Of a stretch of 64,000 nt of DNA, positions 39,901-51,290 are shown in pieces. The stretch spans positions 1,556,757-1,620,756 of the forward strand of contig JAAOMT010000134.1 in assembly GCA_016748015.1 (NCBI GenBank). Reading direction: 5' to 3'. Both the position numbers and the translations under genes were made by a program. The notes under the pieces were generated by a model, which made no database searches, had not been told where the DNA came from, and worked only from the letters and a program-made list of their open reading frames with translations. The DNA is from Geosiphon pyriformis uo1 (taxonomy: Eukaryota; Fungi; Glomeromycota). Numbering within the stretch: the stretch's first letter is position 1; each line of letters begins with the position of its first letter.

Positions 39901-42900
39901 GCTAAACATGGTGTATTATCCTATTTTTCCACTTGTTTTGGTCTTCCAAAGCATTCAACAAGGCATGCATGACAATAAAACTTAGTTGTCATTTGGTATT
40001 CCTTATTGTCGTCACAGTATGCGCCTATTGACAACAATTTCTTGTCATAATTAACACATATCAGCTTTGGTTGACAATAATTAGTTGGTGGTGATAAATA
40101 GGTGTATGAGTTATGAATGTTGGTGAATGTTGTTTCTTCTTCCTTCTTTTTTCCCTTTCCTTTATTGCTTTCTTTGCTTTCTTCTCATTCTCAGCTTGAT
40201 ATCAGTTCATTATTATTAGTTCAAGTCAGATTATCTGTTTTCCAGGTAATTTTTGCTCTTTGTTTTCCTTTTTTGTTGTCATTGTCATCCCAGGAAAGTA
40301 TTGGCAGCAGTTCATTATGATCAACATCAGCTCATGATACTTAATATGCTTCTCACATTGGTTTGTTTTCTTCCTCCTTGAATTCGATAAATGGTGTTGT
40401 TGTCCTGACATTGCTGGGTTTGAAATGGCCACATGTTGCTGAGACTTGTGTGTGTTAGCTATTTTGGCTGAGTTGGAATTCCTGAGTGGTTCAGTCGAGT
40501 GTTGCATTGGTTTTGGATAATCAATTATTACCAATGAGTGCTTGATACTAAGTGGCTTCCATCATTAGAACTTTGATGGGTATTGTGATGCCATTGACTT
40601 TGATAGGAAAGTCATCTATTTCACCAATTGAAATTTTGGTAGCTCCATCAGCAGTGATAATTCTTGCACTGGCAGTATGATCAACTTGGTGACTTAATTG
40701 GTCCATGAGTTGTCTTGTGATGATGCTGCCAGCTGATCCACTATTTAGGATCAGTTTGATAGGGTGACCATCAACTTTTGCATTAGTGTACATTGCAGTG
40801 ATGAGTTTTTCTTCAAGTGCTGCTCTACTGAACAATAGTAGGTTGACAGTTTCCTCTAATTCGAAAGGAAAGATGGTGGCAAGAGTTTCGTTTTTGGTGA
40901 CTGTTGCTGATAGAATGTTGCTGGTGAGTGGCAGTTGTTGGTTGTTTTCTGGATGATTGGGTTGGGCATCTTCTGGGATCACCAGGAGACTTAAATAGTT
41001 CTGGGAATTCAGGTTTTGGGTGGAACTGGTACCCGAATTCCACTGTCAAAAGCCTAATGGTTGGTAAGAGGAGCTGAGGATCAGTTGATGAACAATTATC
41101 GCCAATCTCCAGTTTTAAGTGATTCTAGGTCTTGGGTTTCCTGATGTCATTTAAGTGAGGTTTTGGAGTGGTGTTTGAATTGGTTGTTGGGACTAATAAA
41201 TTATTTGGAACTATGGCTGATAAATTGCCAATGGTTGCAGTTGATAAATTGGAGATTGATATACTGGCAGTTGATAGATTGGTTGCTGCATCATTGGCAG
41301 ATAAGTGGTTTGATATTGGTCTTGATTTGGGTAATGATTCTGAGTCTGAAATCTGCAATCAGGGTTTTGATATTAATTTCCTGATCGTGGATTGTTGTTA
41401 TAAAATTGACAGTCAGCTCTAATATGATCTTGTTTATTACAGTTATGGCAAACATACATCTCTGACTGTCATAACTGATTGGTATAGGATGATGGCCATG
41501 ATTGATTTGGAAAATGATTTGTGTCTCCTGAATTATTATGTCATTATAGTGGTTAATAAATTGCCTGATTGTTGTTAGCTAAGTATCCCTCTAATTTTTG
41601 ATTAATTGTTTTCCTGAATTATTCCAATTTGGAATCCAATTCAGATGACCCATTTATCATTAGATTAACGGCTTGGGCATGGTTGGCCTCGAACTCAGCT
41701 AATTCAAAATCTCTGGCATGTGTGATTGCATTTTAAAGGGTGCCAAGATGTAATAAACATACATGTTGCAAGATGCTGCTGTGCAGGCCATAGATAAACT
41801 GGTTGAAGATCTATGGCACTGTGAAATAGTTGGCATCAATTGCTTGAATTTGGCGTAGATTTCTGTGGAAGCATCCCAGGTAAGTAGTGACTGTTTCAGT
41901 TTCTTCTTACTTTATGATGATGAAAGTATTAACTAGGTGATTGATACTGTTATTGTTGTTAAAGTATCTTAAAAATTCCACTTTGAAGGCATTGAAGTCT
42001 TGTGGTTTATTAATCAAGCTCTAATACCACAAATCAGTGGTATCCTTGAGAAAGTAGGAAATGGCTTGCATTGCTCGGACATCATTCCATCTGTTGGCTG
42101 CAATGGCTTTTTCCATGTCATTCAGCCATACCTGAGTGTCATTCTCTTTGCTGGTAAAATTGTCAAGTTTTGCAATTGGTGCATAGGCCATTGGATCTAA
42201 GTTGGATTGTTGTGATGGCTGTTGAAGCAGTTGTTGTTGCATGAGTTGTTGGGGTGGTAGTTGAAGTAACTGCTATATGGGTTTGGGTATTGGATTAATT
42301 GGTGGTTGATCAATGACAATTACTGGAGGTAAGTTTTGTTGATTTATTAAATTAGGGTTTCGATTATCCTGAGTTGATGGTGTTCTAATATTTGGAGTTT
42401 CAATTTCAGGGTTTTCTTGATTTGGATTTCTTGGAGTTTGATTGTTCAGGGTTTTCAGAGATTGGATTTTGGTAAGTGAACTTTTGATCCTCAGATTCTT
42501 CTTCCTCTTCTTCTTGTTCCTCTTCTTCGGATAATTCCCATGGAGTAGCAGTGCCAAAATCTGGTGGTGGTGGTGGTAATCAGAGTCCTGATGGCATTAA
42601 TAATCACAAGTTAAATCCTTTAAAATACATGCCATATGGTTCTAATAACTTTGCTTTCCTTTGTTTACTTTGGAATGGGAATTGTCTGAATGCTGATGTC
42701 ATGTTTGATGTGGCTGCACTGGTAGATGTAATATTAATGGCACTTTCAGGTATATAATGGTATGATAGATTAGTTAGGAACTCAACACTTGTTTTCTTTT
42801 AAGTAGGTGGTTGTATTTTTTTGGGTGTTACTGCTGGTGTTTGCAGTTTTTCTTTGCCTTTGCTCGCATAAGTAATAAGATATCTTTGCTGTGTGTGATG

Positions 42901-43176
42901 TTCAATTTCTTTGTTGATTTCCATGATGATGGAAACGAAATTGTGATTTGTTAACAGGTTGGTATTTTGAATTAATTCACTGTAAAAGGCTTCTCTTGCT
43001 GATTTAATATTTACTGGTGTTTTTAACAGATAGGCAATTCTTTTATTGACATAGAAATTGAAAGCTGATTTCACTGATATGTGGTTGTAATTTAATCCCA
43101 AATGTTGACAGTAGTGTTGAAATAAGAATTTTGCAAATCCTAGATGGTTTGCTCCTATGTTTTCTAATTCTGTCAC
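36953..43176 (-). pseudogene. Element D polyprotein: extension, Gag, PR, Cys-rich domain, dUTPase, RT, RNase H
   Basis: GTG 43176; MAYAPIAKLDNF capsid start; LILNSGSAGS; dUTPase remnants near 38775-39195; FCVDYRKLN, YLDD; ends VDSLSQMRQI-stop. Confidence 0.92.
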
Positions 43177-43217
43177 TTTTAGATTTGTGTTGGTGCTGGT
43201 TCTCTGTAGGATTATAT

Positions 43218-43233
43218 CTCACAAAGAGCACCA
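43218..43233 (-). promoter_or_regulatory. Primer-binding site of D
   Basis: TGGTGCTCTTTGTGAG lies 2 nt after the 5' LTR. Confidence 0.82.
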
Positions 43234-43235
43234 AA

Positions 43236-44106
43236 TGTTACAGGTGACTATTTTTGGTGTTGAATTAAATAACAAACCCATAACTTGGTGCTCAAATCTA
43301 GTTGCAGTTGATAGTAATCTGAAGGTTTGTGTCTGAAGGTTTGTATCCGAAGGATTTGGTTAAGTTTTTTGTATAATAGACAAAGATTCAATGATAATAG
43401 TTTTATCTATAGCTTCCCGAAACTGCAGTTTTGTCAATTTCTTTTTCAGCTTGATGGCCAGTATTCTTTCTGGTAAGCTATCCTCAATTGAGTATTCTAC
43501 TCTTATTTCTGGGTCTTTTACCAGTCACGTTTATCCTGACGTTAGTACCCTGTGCATTAATTCTCAATAGAGTTAGTAAACAACAATAAAATCAAAGTAA
43601 GAAAATAAAGAAAAAAAAAGAAAATAAAGAAAGAAAAGAAATAAGCCAAGGCGATTTGCAAATTAGTATTCTATCAATAGCCATGATTAAGAGCTATTGT
43701 TCCAGTGGAGTTAAGTATCAATTACTATCAACATGAAGTATTGATAGTGGCAGTAAGTTTGAGATAACAAACAGTTATTTATTTGTGGTTTGGAAAGTTG
43801 TTTAGATGAAATCTAAACTGAAAGGTCTGTCTTTTTAGCTTTTAATCCTACTGCTATATATACATAATTGAGATTCCTCAATTCCTCAATTCTTTACAAC
43901 AGGAATCCTGGAATTCCTGGAATCTTACAATTCTTTTGAGAGGAATCCTAAAATTCTGGAATCCTTCAATTTTTTGTGAAAATCCTGTAATTCCTGAAAT
44001 CCTGCAATTCTTAAGAGGAATTCTGAAATTCCACATTTTACTACATCTACTTCTGATTGGTTAATAACTATGCTAATATATATTTCCTATATTTCTATGA
44101 GTAATA
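43236..44106 (-). repeat. 5' LTR of D
   Basis: Direct repeat of 24655-25485; followed by TSD TTGG. Confidence 0.94.
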
Positions 44107-44110
44107 TTGG

Positions 44111-45062
44111 ACTATTAACAATCACCAGCAGAGACAACAGATATATTCCAGTAGCTATGGACTACCTCACAAAATAGCCAGAAGCAAAAGTTATTCAAAG
44201 AACAGATGCAGAATCCATTGTCAAATTCATTCATCAAGATTTGATTTGTTGATACAAATGTCCAAAAAAATTATTATCAGATCAAGAAACTTACTTTGTG
44301 AATAAAACATTGGCAAAATTAAGCCAAAGATTCAGAATTAAAAGACCATTATCATTACTATATTATCCACAAATAAATAGACTAGTCGAAAGATTCAACA
44401 GAACATTGTGTGAAGCAATTGCCAAAATCAGCCAAGAAAACCAGAACAAATGAAATTTGTTTATACTATCAGTATTATTTGCTTATTGGACAATGAAGCA
44501 AGATACTATACAAGCAACACCATTTGAATTAGTATATGATAGGACAGCAACATTACCAGTTGAGATTGAAGTAAATACGTATCCAACAAAACCAATAATA
44601 AAAGAGAATTTCTAAGAAACACTGTTAAGAAGGACATATGACTTAATAGAAACTTTAGAAAACAAATGACAAAGAACAGCTGATAACATACAAAAGTCAC
44701 AAGAAAAACAGAAAGAAAGACATGATAACCAATTACTAAAAAAACCAGTTGAATTCAAGATTGGAGACAAAGTATTATTACATTGTACCAAAGCAGAAAA
44801 ACAATGGAATAGAAAATTTGACCCCAAATGGAACAGACCATTTCACATAGAAGAAATTATAGGAAATGGAGCTTATAAATTAAGATGGGACAACAAAATC
44901 TTAGCCAAAGCAGCACATAGTAATCGACTGAGACTATATCACCATATAGTGTCACCATCTATCAATAATATTCTACAATTAGGAGTACAAAGAATACTAG
45001 TCCAACCAGATGAGATTCCATGAGATTTGGAATCAATCATAATTATTGGACCAAACATGTAA
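44111..45062 (+). pseudogene. Element A integrase, core and C-terminal part
   Basis: DYLTK, SDQE, LVERFNRTL, GNGAYKL, tail DLESIIIIG. Confidence 0.88.
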
Positions 45063-45121
45063 AATTGAACAATAAAAAAGTATATAAAAACATAGTAGAC
45101 ATGACAGAAGACATCAGAAAA

Positions 45122-45760
45122 ATAGAAATTACTGATAACATCTACTTACTAGCACAACAACTATTCCAACTGATTTAATAACAGAATATAAAAATTACTA
45201 TCAATCAACAAACCATTTGATACCAAGATACTAGAAAAATACCCAAATACAAAAGTAAAAAGAAAACAGAAACCACTATCAATAAAATGATTAAAAAAAT
45301 AAAATTAACAATAGAAAAACCAACAAGTACCACCACATATCAAGAGTTGACCAAAGAAACATGAAAATAGTAGATACACAAATTTCCAAGAAATTTCTGT
45401 TACTTCTACTTGGGACAACACTTGAACATTCAAAACTTATACACAGATAAAACAAAACGATTATTCAACACAGCAATATTGCAACAACTAGAACAATTTG
45501 TGAGAAAAAACAATTTGACCACACAAGCAAGAGCCATCTATTGGCTACATATGAGATTTCAAGACAGACCAGAAATCTTACTCAATCTGGAATTAGACTA
45601 CATTACAATTAACCAAATGAGAAAAATGACCAACACCCAATTTGAAGAATTGCAGAACCAGATAACTTAAATAATTCTCAAAAAAGAAGTTTAAGAAATA
45701 CTCAATGACAAAGAATTAGAGTTAGGAGATTTGGGAAATCTTGACGGAGCTCAATATTAA
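45122..45760 (+). pseudogene. Element A ORF3 (about 212 codons, one frame, nonsense stops)
   Basis: (M>I)EITDNIYLLAQQLFQL...FCYFYLGQHLNIQNLY...TNTQFEEL...NLDGAQY-stop, abutting the PPT. Confidence 0.8.
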
Positions 45761-45774
45761 AAAAGAGAGAATAA

Positions 45775-46649
45775 TGTTACTCATAAAATATAAAAAATAT
45801 ATTAGCATATGAAATAGCCAATCAGAGGTAACCATAGTGAATATAGAATTCCAGGATTCCTCTCAAGAAGAATTGCAGGATTCCAAGAATTTCAGGATTC
45901 TCCATGCAAGGAATCACAGGATTCCAGAATTCCAGGATTTCTCTTAAAAGAAATTGCAAGATTCCAGGAATCCCAAGATTCCTGAAGTAAAGAATTGAGG
46001 AATTAAGAAATCTCAATTATGTATATATAGCAGTAGTGTTAGAAATAGAAAAGGCAGAATTCTTAGTTAGAAGACTTCTCCATTTAGATTTTATCTAAGC
46101 AACTTTCCAAATCACAAATATCAATAAATAATTATTCACTATTTTAATCCACTCTCTACTATCAATATGAAGTATTAATAGTAATTGATACTTAACCACA
46201 CTGGAACAATAGCTCTTAATCATGGCTATTAATGAGATACTAACTTGCAATTGCTTTTTGTTAATTTCTTTATCTTCTTTTATTTTTTTTTATTTCTTTT
46301 GTTATTTCTTTGGTTTTACTAAAATTGATTAAGGATTAAGCACTGAGATACAGACATTATAGAGACTGGTAAAAGACCTGTGAAACAAGAGTAGAACACT
46401 CATAGATTTGAGGATAGCTTACCAAGAGGATTACCGGCCACCACGCTGAGAAAAAAATTTGATGAAACTGTGGTTTCAGGAAGCTACGGATAAAACTATC
46501 AATTAAATCTCTGTTCATTATACAAAAGACTCAACTCTAAAACCTTCAGATACAACTAACATACCAGTGTCACCAGCCTTGTTAAGATATTGAGCACCAA
46601 GTTATGGATTTGTTATTTGATTTAAGATCCCAAATAATCATCTGTAATA
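45775..46649 (+). repeat. 3' LTR of A
   Basis: Starts TGTTACTC after the PPT; homologous to the LTRs of D; ends CTGTAATA (D: CTGTAACA). Confidence 0.9.
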
Positions 46650-48358
46650 CCAGATTTGCAGATTGCTAAAGTGTTTTGAGATTATTTTTGCAGACCAGTT
46701 GTTGAACAGTCATGAAGAATGTTTTAATTGAAAGAATTTTTGCTGTTGGAAATGACTAGATCCCAGAGGCCCAGTTCCCTTATGGTTCATGCTGATTTCA
46801 GATTTTGTCAAGAGTGGTGGTTTGGTTAAAGGTTCCTCTTTCACTTTTAAGTTCTCTTCCAAGTTGGATGTTTCTGATACAGACCACTTTGGTTTCATCT
46901 GTTCTAGTTTGAAAAATGCTTTTTTGCCAATGATCTCAGTTTATACTGATGGTTCTGTTAAAGGCTTTGGTACTTCTAATGCTGTCGGAGGGACTGCCAC
47001 TTATTTTTCTGATTTAGGTTTGCACATAAGTGTGAAGGTCTATGATATGCTATTATCTACTCTAACTGAAATGCAGGCTGTTATGCTGGCTTTCAAGTGC
47101 ATTCCAGCTTTCTTGAATGTTATAGTTTTCTCTGACAGTCAGACTTTCTTAGATGCTTGTCAGGCCAAGTTGAGATTGGTGGCTTCAAATTTTTGCAACA
47201 AATGCTGGATAGAACACCATCATATTAGCAATTTGGTCAAATATAAAAACATTTCTGTCATCTGGTTAAAGGTGAAGGGTCACTCTGGTATTTTGGGCAA
47301 TGAGCATGCTGATTGGTTGGCTGATTTAGCCACATTAGCAGGGCTTGTTCTTTCAGCAAATGTCAAAGAAAATTTTTTAATAGCAGATAATAAAGTGATT
47401 TCCAGCAATACATGTCATTTCACTAGATTAATAAATAATACTGTTAGACATTTTCAATGGAAATTTGGACCTGGTTTGAGCATTGTAGATTCTTCACAAG
47501 TTAGAAACATAAACTGGGTTTGTACTGCCTTGGTATAATATTCTGATTCTTACATGTCTACAGGATATACAAACAGAACTACCACCAGTTTGCACACATA
47601 TTTGATGAAAGTCTTACACAGAAGACTATCTGTAGCTGTTAGAAAGTGCTTATATAATCAAAGTTATTCTAGTGTGCTGTGTGTATGTTGTGGAGAGTTG
47701 GATTTTTCAGATTATAGTTTTGTTTGTTGCTTGAATTTTTTAATGTGTCAGAGCTTGTTAAATGAACATTCTTCTCTTTGGAAATCTCTTATTGGGACAA
47801 CCTTGTTATTATCTGTGGTTTTGTAGTCTCTAGCTTCTTCTGTTTTTGATGGTGGTCTCTATACATTTTTGTGCAAGGGTTTCATGTCTGAAGATTGGTT
47901 GGCAGAAGCTAAAGCATCTTTTGTGAATACTAAGCTTGCAATGTCTAATTTGGTTGAGTTTGTTTGGAGTATGGTTGTTGGCCATAGAAAGCAGATTTGG
48001 GTGCCTAATTCAAAACTTCAAGCTGAAATAGAGTATTGTAAGTCATTATGTGCAGATGGGTCTTTATGTAATATTATTCAAGGTCTTTTTGCTAAGGTTT
48101 CTGGTGGTGTTGTTTATTTACTAGGAATTAAGAAGGGTCACATGACCAACTTTGGTCTAAGTATTAGCCATTTGTTTTTTGCTGGTGTTGCTGGTGAAGT
48201 TACAGTAAATATAATTGTATAGTGTAGTCTTGATTGGCCAAGTGGCTAGTTACATGTAGCAAGAGCATGAATCATATTTAATTTAAAACTTTAAATAGTT
48301 GTATTGTATTAGATAGTGATTGGGCTTCACTCATTAAATAAATAAATAAATAAAAAAA
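46650..48358 (+). mobile_element. Non-LTR retrotransposon (LINE) 3' part: ORF2 RNase H and C-terminal Cys/His region, 3' UTR, (TAAA)n/poly(A) tail
   Basis: VYTDGS, TEMQAV, FSDSQ, WLKVKGHSGILGNEHAD; CVCC; homologous to 58100-59766; tail 48335-48358. The 5' part was displaced upstream by A. Confidence 0.92.
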
Positions 48359-49067
48359 CAAGTATTAAGATTTAATATTGTTTTTTTGTTTTTTTAATAA
48401 ATTAATAAGATAAAATTAATATTTAATCTTAAAAAAAGCTTTTTTTTTTATCAGTCTATCATAAAATTTAATTTCAAAATAGTTAATTTTCAATAAAAAA
48501 ATAAAAAAAAATAAAAATAAAAATAAAATAAAAGAAAGAAATTAGTATTTTGTTAATTGTTATAATCAAGAACAATTGGTCCAATTTATTATTAAAGTTT
48601 CAAAAATATTATGTTTATTTATATTTAATTTAGAATAAAAATAAAGAAAAACAATTAATTAAATTTTAACAATAAGATTTAAAACTATAAAATTGAGAAT
48701 TAAATAATAATATTTAATAAATAAAAAATATAAAAAAAAATAATATAAAAGATTTTTTTGGATTAAAGATAAGATATTAAAAAAATAAATTCGATTTTGT
48801 TTTTTTTATTTGTTAAATTACTTGTTTTTATACATATTTTTTGTTTTTATAAGATTGTTTTTAATTGTTTATTATTATTAATTATTGTTTATTATATTAG
48901 TTATTGCTTTGGTTTTTTATGTTATACAATTAAATCTCTATAAAAAAACACAATTAAAACATGTAAATTATGTTTTATTTTAAAAATGGTTTATTATAAA
49001 GTTTTATAATTATTATTATTATTATTAAAATATTGATTAATTATTACTTGTTTTTTAGAATTTTTCT

Positions 49068-49364
49068 TTATTTTTTCGTATTTATAATATTTTTTTTTAG
49101 TAAATTTTGGTTTTTTATATTAAAATTTTTTTTTGTTAATTGTTTTTCAAATTTAATTATCTTTTTTAATGCTTTATATGCTTTTGTAATTGTAATTAAA
49201 GCAGATAAAAATTCTTTTAATTCTTGTTCTAAGTTATTAATTATATTAGTTTCAATTTGAGTATTAACTAAAATCATATCTACAATTTTATTATTATTAA
49301 AAATATTTTCAGTTGTCAATAATTTATTAACTACTATAATATAATTTTTAAAATTTTTGACCAA
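49068..49364 (-). pseudogene. Probable fossil of a pogo/Tigger (CENP-B-like) transposase C-terminus
   Basis: NYI..NKLLTTENIFNNNKIVDMIL...ITITKAYKALKKIIKFEKQ resembles, from memory, the acidic L.TEE.L.DEEII...IT..EA..AL..V..Y.EQ tail after E>K and D>N decay. Confidence 0.45.
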
Positions 49365-49619
49365 TTGTTAGATATATTTATAGCAATTAATGTTTCGGAT
49401 TTTTGAATTTCTAATTCTTAATTATAGAAAAAAATATTTGTTTTTTGCCAACAGTTTTGAATTATAATAGGTGTTACTTGAAATTATGATTGAATAACAT
49501 AATTAATTGTTTGCTTTATGTTTAATTTATTTTTAAAAAATAAATTAATATTAGATAAAATTATATAATATATATTATTTAACTATTTAATATTAATTTT
49601 TTGTTCAAATTAATATAAA

Positions 49620-49724
49620 CACGTATAAAAAGTGCATAATTCACACTTAGTTTAGATTACTTAGTCTGATTTTGTGTGCTAAATGACATTTGGATCTTAC
49701 TTATTAAGCATTAATAAAAAAAAA
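49620..49724 (+). mobile_element. Severely 5'-truncated LINE copy (3' UTR and poly(A) only)
   Basis: CATAATTCACACTTAGTTTAGATTA (49635-49659) is identical to 59679-59703; TTTGGA.CT.ACTT.TTAA and an A tail follow; candidate TSD AATATAAA/AATGTAAA. Confidence 0.8.
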
Positions 49725-51205
49725 TGTAAAATATATTGATAATATAAGTATTTATATTTGTCTTTAAAAATTTTGATAATATTAACATCTATTGATTGAA
49801 AATATAATATAGTATTTAAAAGAAAATAGTGCAAAATAATATTGGTTAATTGGAATGAATTTTTTCTGATTTGAATATAATAAGAAATTATATTATTAAT
49901 TAAAAGTAATATATGCTAATTTTGAATTTAAAAGTTTTTATTTATATATTTAAGTCATGCTTTCTATATATTTGAGTACATCTATGCTTTGAAACTGAAT
50001 TTGCAAATTACAAATAGGTTAAAAATATTAATTTTTTTAAAATATCTTGAATTTTTTGTATATCTAATTACTAAAAGTTGCAATTTATAAGATTTAATTA
50101 AATTTGTAGCAAAAAAAATTATAATTCAAGATTTATTCTATAAAAAACCCAATTAATTTAATATAATAATAATAATTAGTAAATTTAATATATTAATTTT
50201 TTTTGTATCTCAATATTTTACAAGTGTTTAATTTAGTTTTATACAAAAAAATAATTCTGTTTTATTAGTATTATATATGTTAGCAAAATCAAATTCAGGG
50301 TTTTTAATTTTTTTATTCTTTTAATTAATACATTTTTTGTTTTATTATAAAATTAATAAACACATAACTGGTTTCATTTTTTGAATTTTTGAATTTATCT
50401 ATTTAAAAATTGCATTTTATTTTTATGTATACCAAAAAATTTGGCAAAATTTTTTTTAATTAATTAATTATTAAATTTAATAGTGGTTGTAATTACTTGT
50501 TTTACTTAATAATTTAAAGCTTAATCTAATAATAGAAATTTAATATTTTTATGTTAAATAGATTTTTCTAAGATTTTATCAATTTTAATATTTAATTCCT
50601 TTGTATATTCTTTAATTATTTTGAAAACAGTTAAATAAAAAATATAAAGTTCTGAATATTTATGATTGAAATAAGCCACAATATTATTATGTTTCATATT
50701 TTAAAATATTAACAATTTTTTTTATGAAAAACATTATTAACTGCTACTTATTTTTGTTTTTTGAATAAAAATTTTAATATTATAATAATTTAGCAAGTCT
50801 ATTAGAAAATGTGTTTATAATAATAATATTAAATTTGGTTTTAACAAGCCTAAATTGAAATACAATAAAAGCTAAGTGACTGTATATAAAAATAAACAAG
50901 ATTAAAAAAAGTAAGTTCAATATAAATTAATTTAAAAAAAAATTAAAATAAAATCAATTTAATACATTTTAACTTTTTTTTTAATTACTAATTAACATTT
51001 AATACATAATATTTATTTTTATATGAAGATAAATTTCAAATAAATGTTTGATACAATTATGTTTTTGTTCTTTTATAAATTGTTTTTATATAAAAAAAAA
51101 ATTGTTAATTAATTAATTAATTTTATAAAAAAATATTTTTTGTAAAAAATTGTTTTTTTATTAAAGAGATCTGACTATAATTAGTTATTTTATGCTATTA
51201 TTAAT

Positions 51206-51290
51206 TATTTTGTGTTATTTTATATTATTATATATTATTTTACATTATTTTATATTGTTTTATATTATTTTATATTATTTTGTGTTTTTA
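51206..51290 (+). repeat. Degenerate 10-bp tandem repeat (TATTTTATAT-like)
   Basis: About eight consecutive units seen directly. Confidence 0.55.

Larger units (their letters stand above)
24655..44106 (-). mobile_element. Ty3/Gypsy LTR retrotransposon D (related to A; interrupted by E)
   Basis: Paired LTRs 24655-25485 and 43236-44106; TSD TTGG at 24651-24654 and 44107-44110; PBS and PPT present. Confidence 0.95.
1..46649 (+). mobile_element. Ty3/Gypsy LTR retrotransposon A (outermost; own sequence 1-1899, 21186-24654, 44111-46649; 5' end outside window)
   Basis: Gag, PR, dUTPase, RT, RH, IN and ORF3 remnants are collinear once B and D are removed. Integrase reads GIDLVG|LLTITSRDNRY across the D insertion. 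PPT at 45761-45774 and 3' LTR at 45775-46649. Confidence 0.93.

Noticed and set aside
43870-44035. Palindromic repeat array resembling CRISPR
   Set aside because: No unique spacers; it lies inside LTR U3 in a eukaryotic context.
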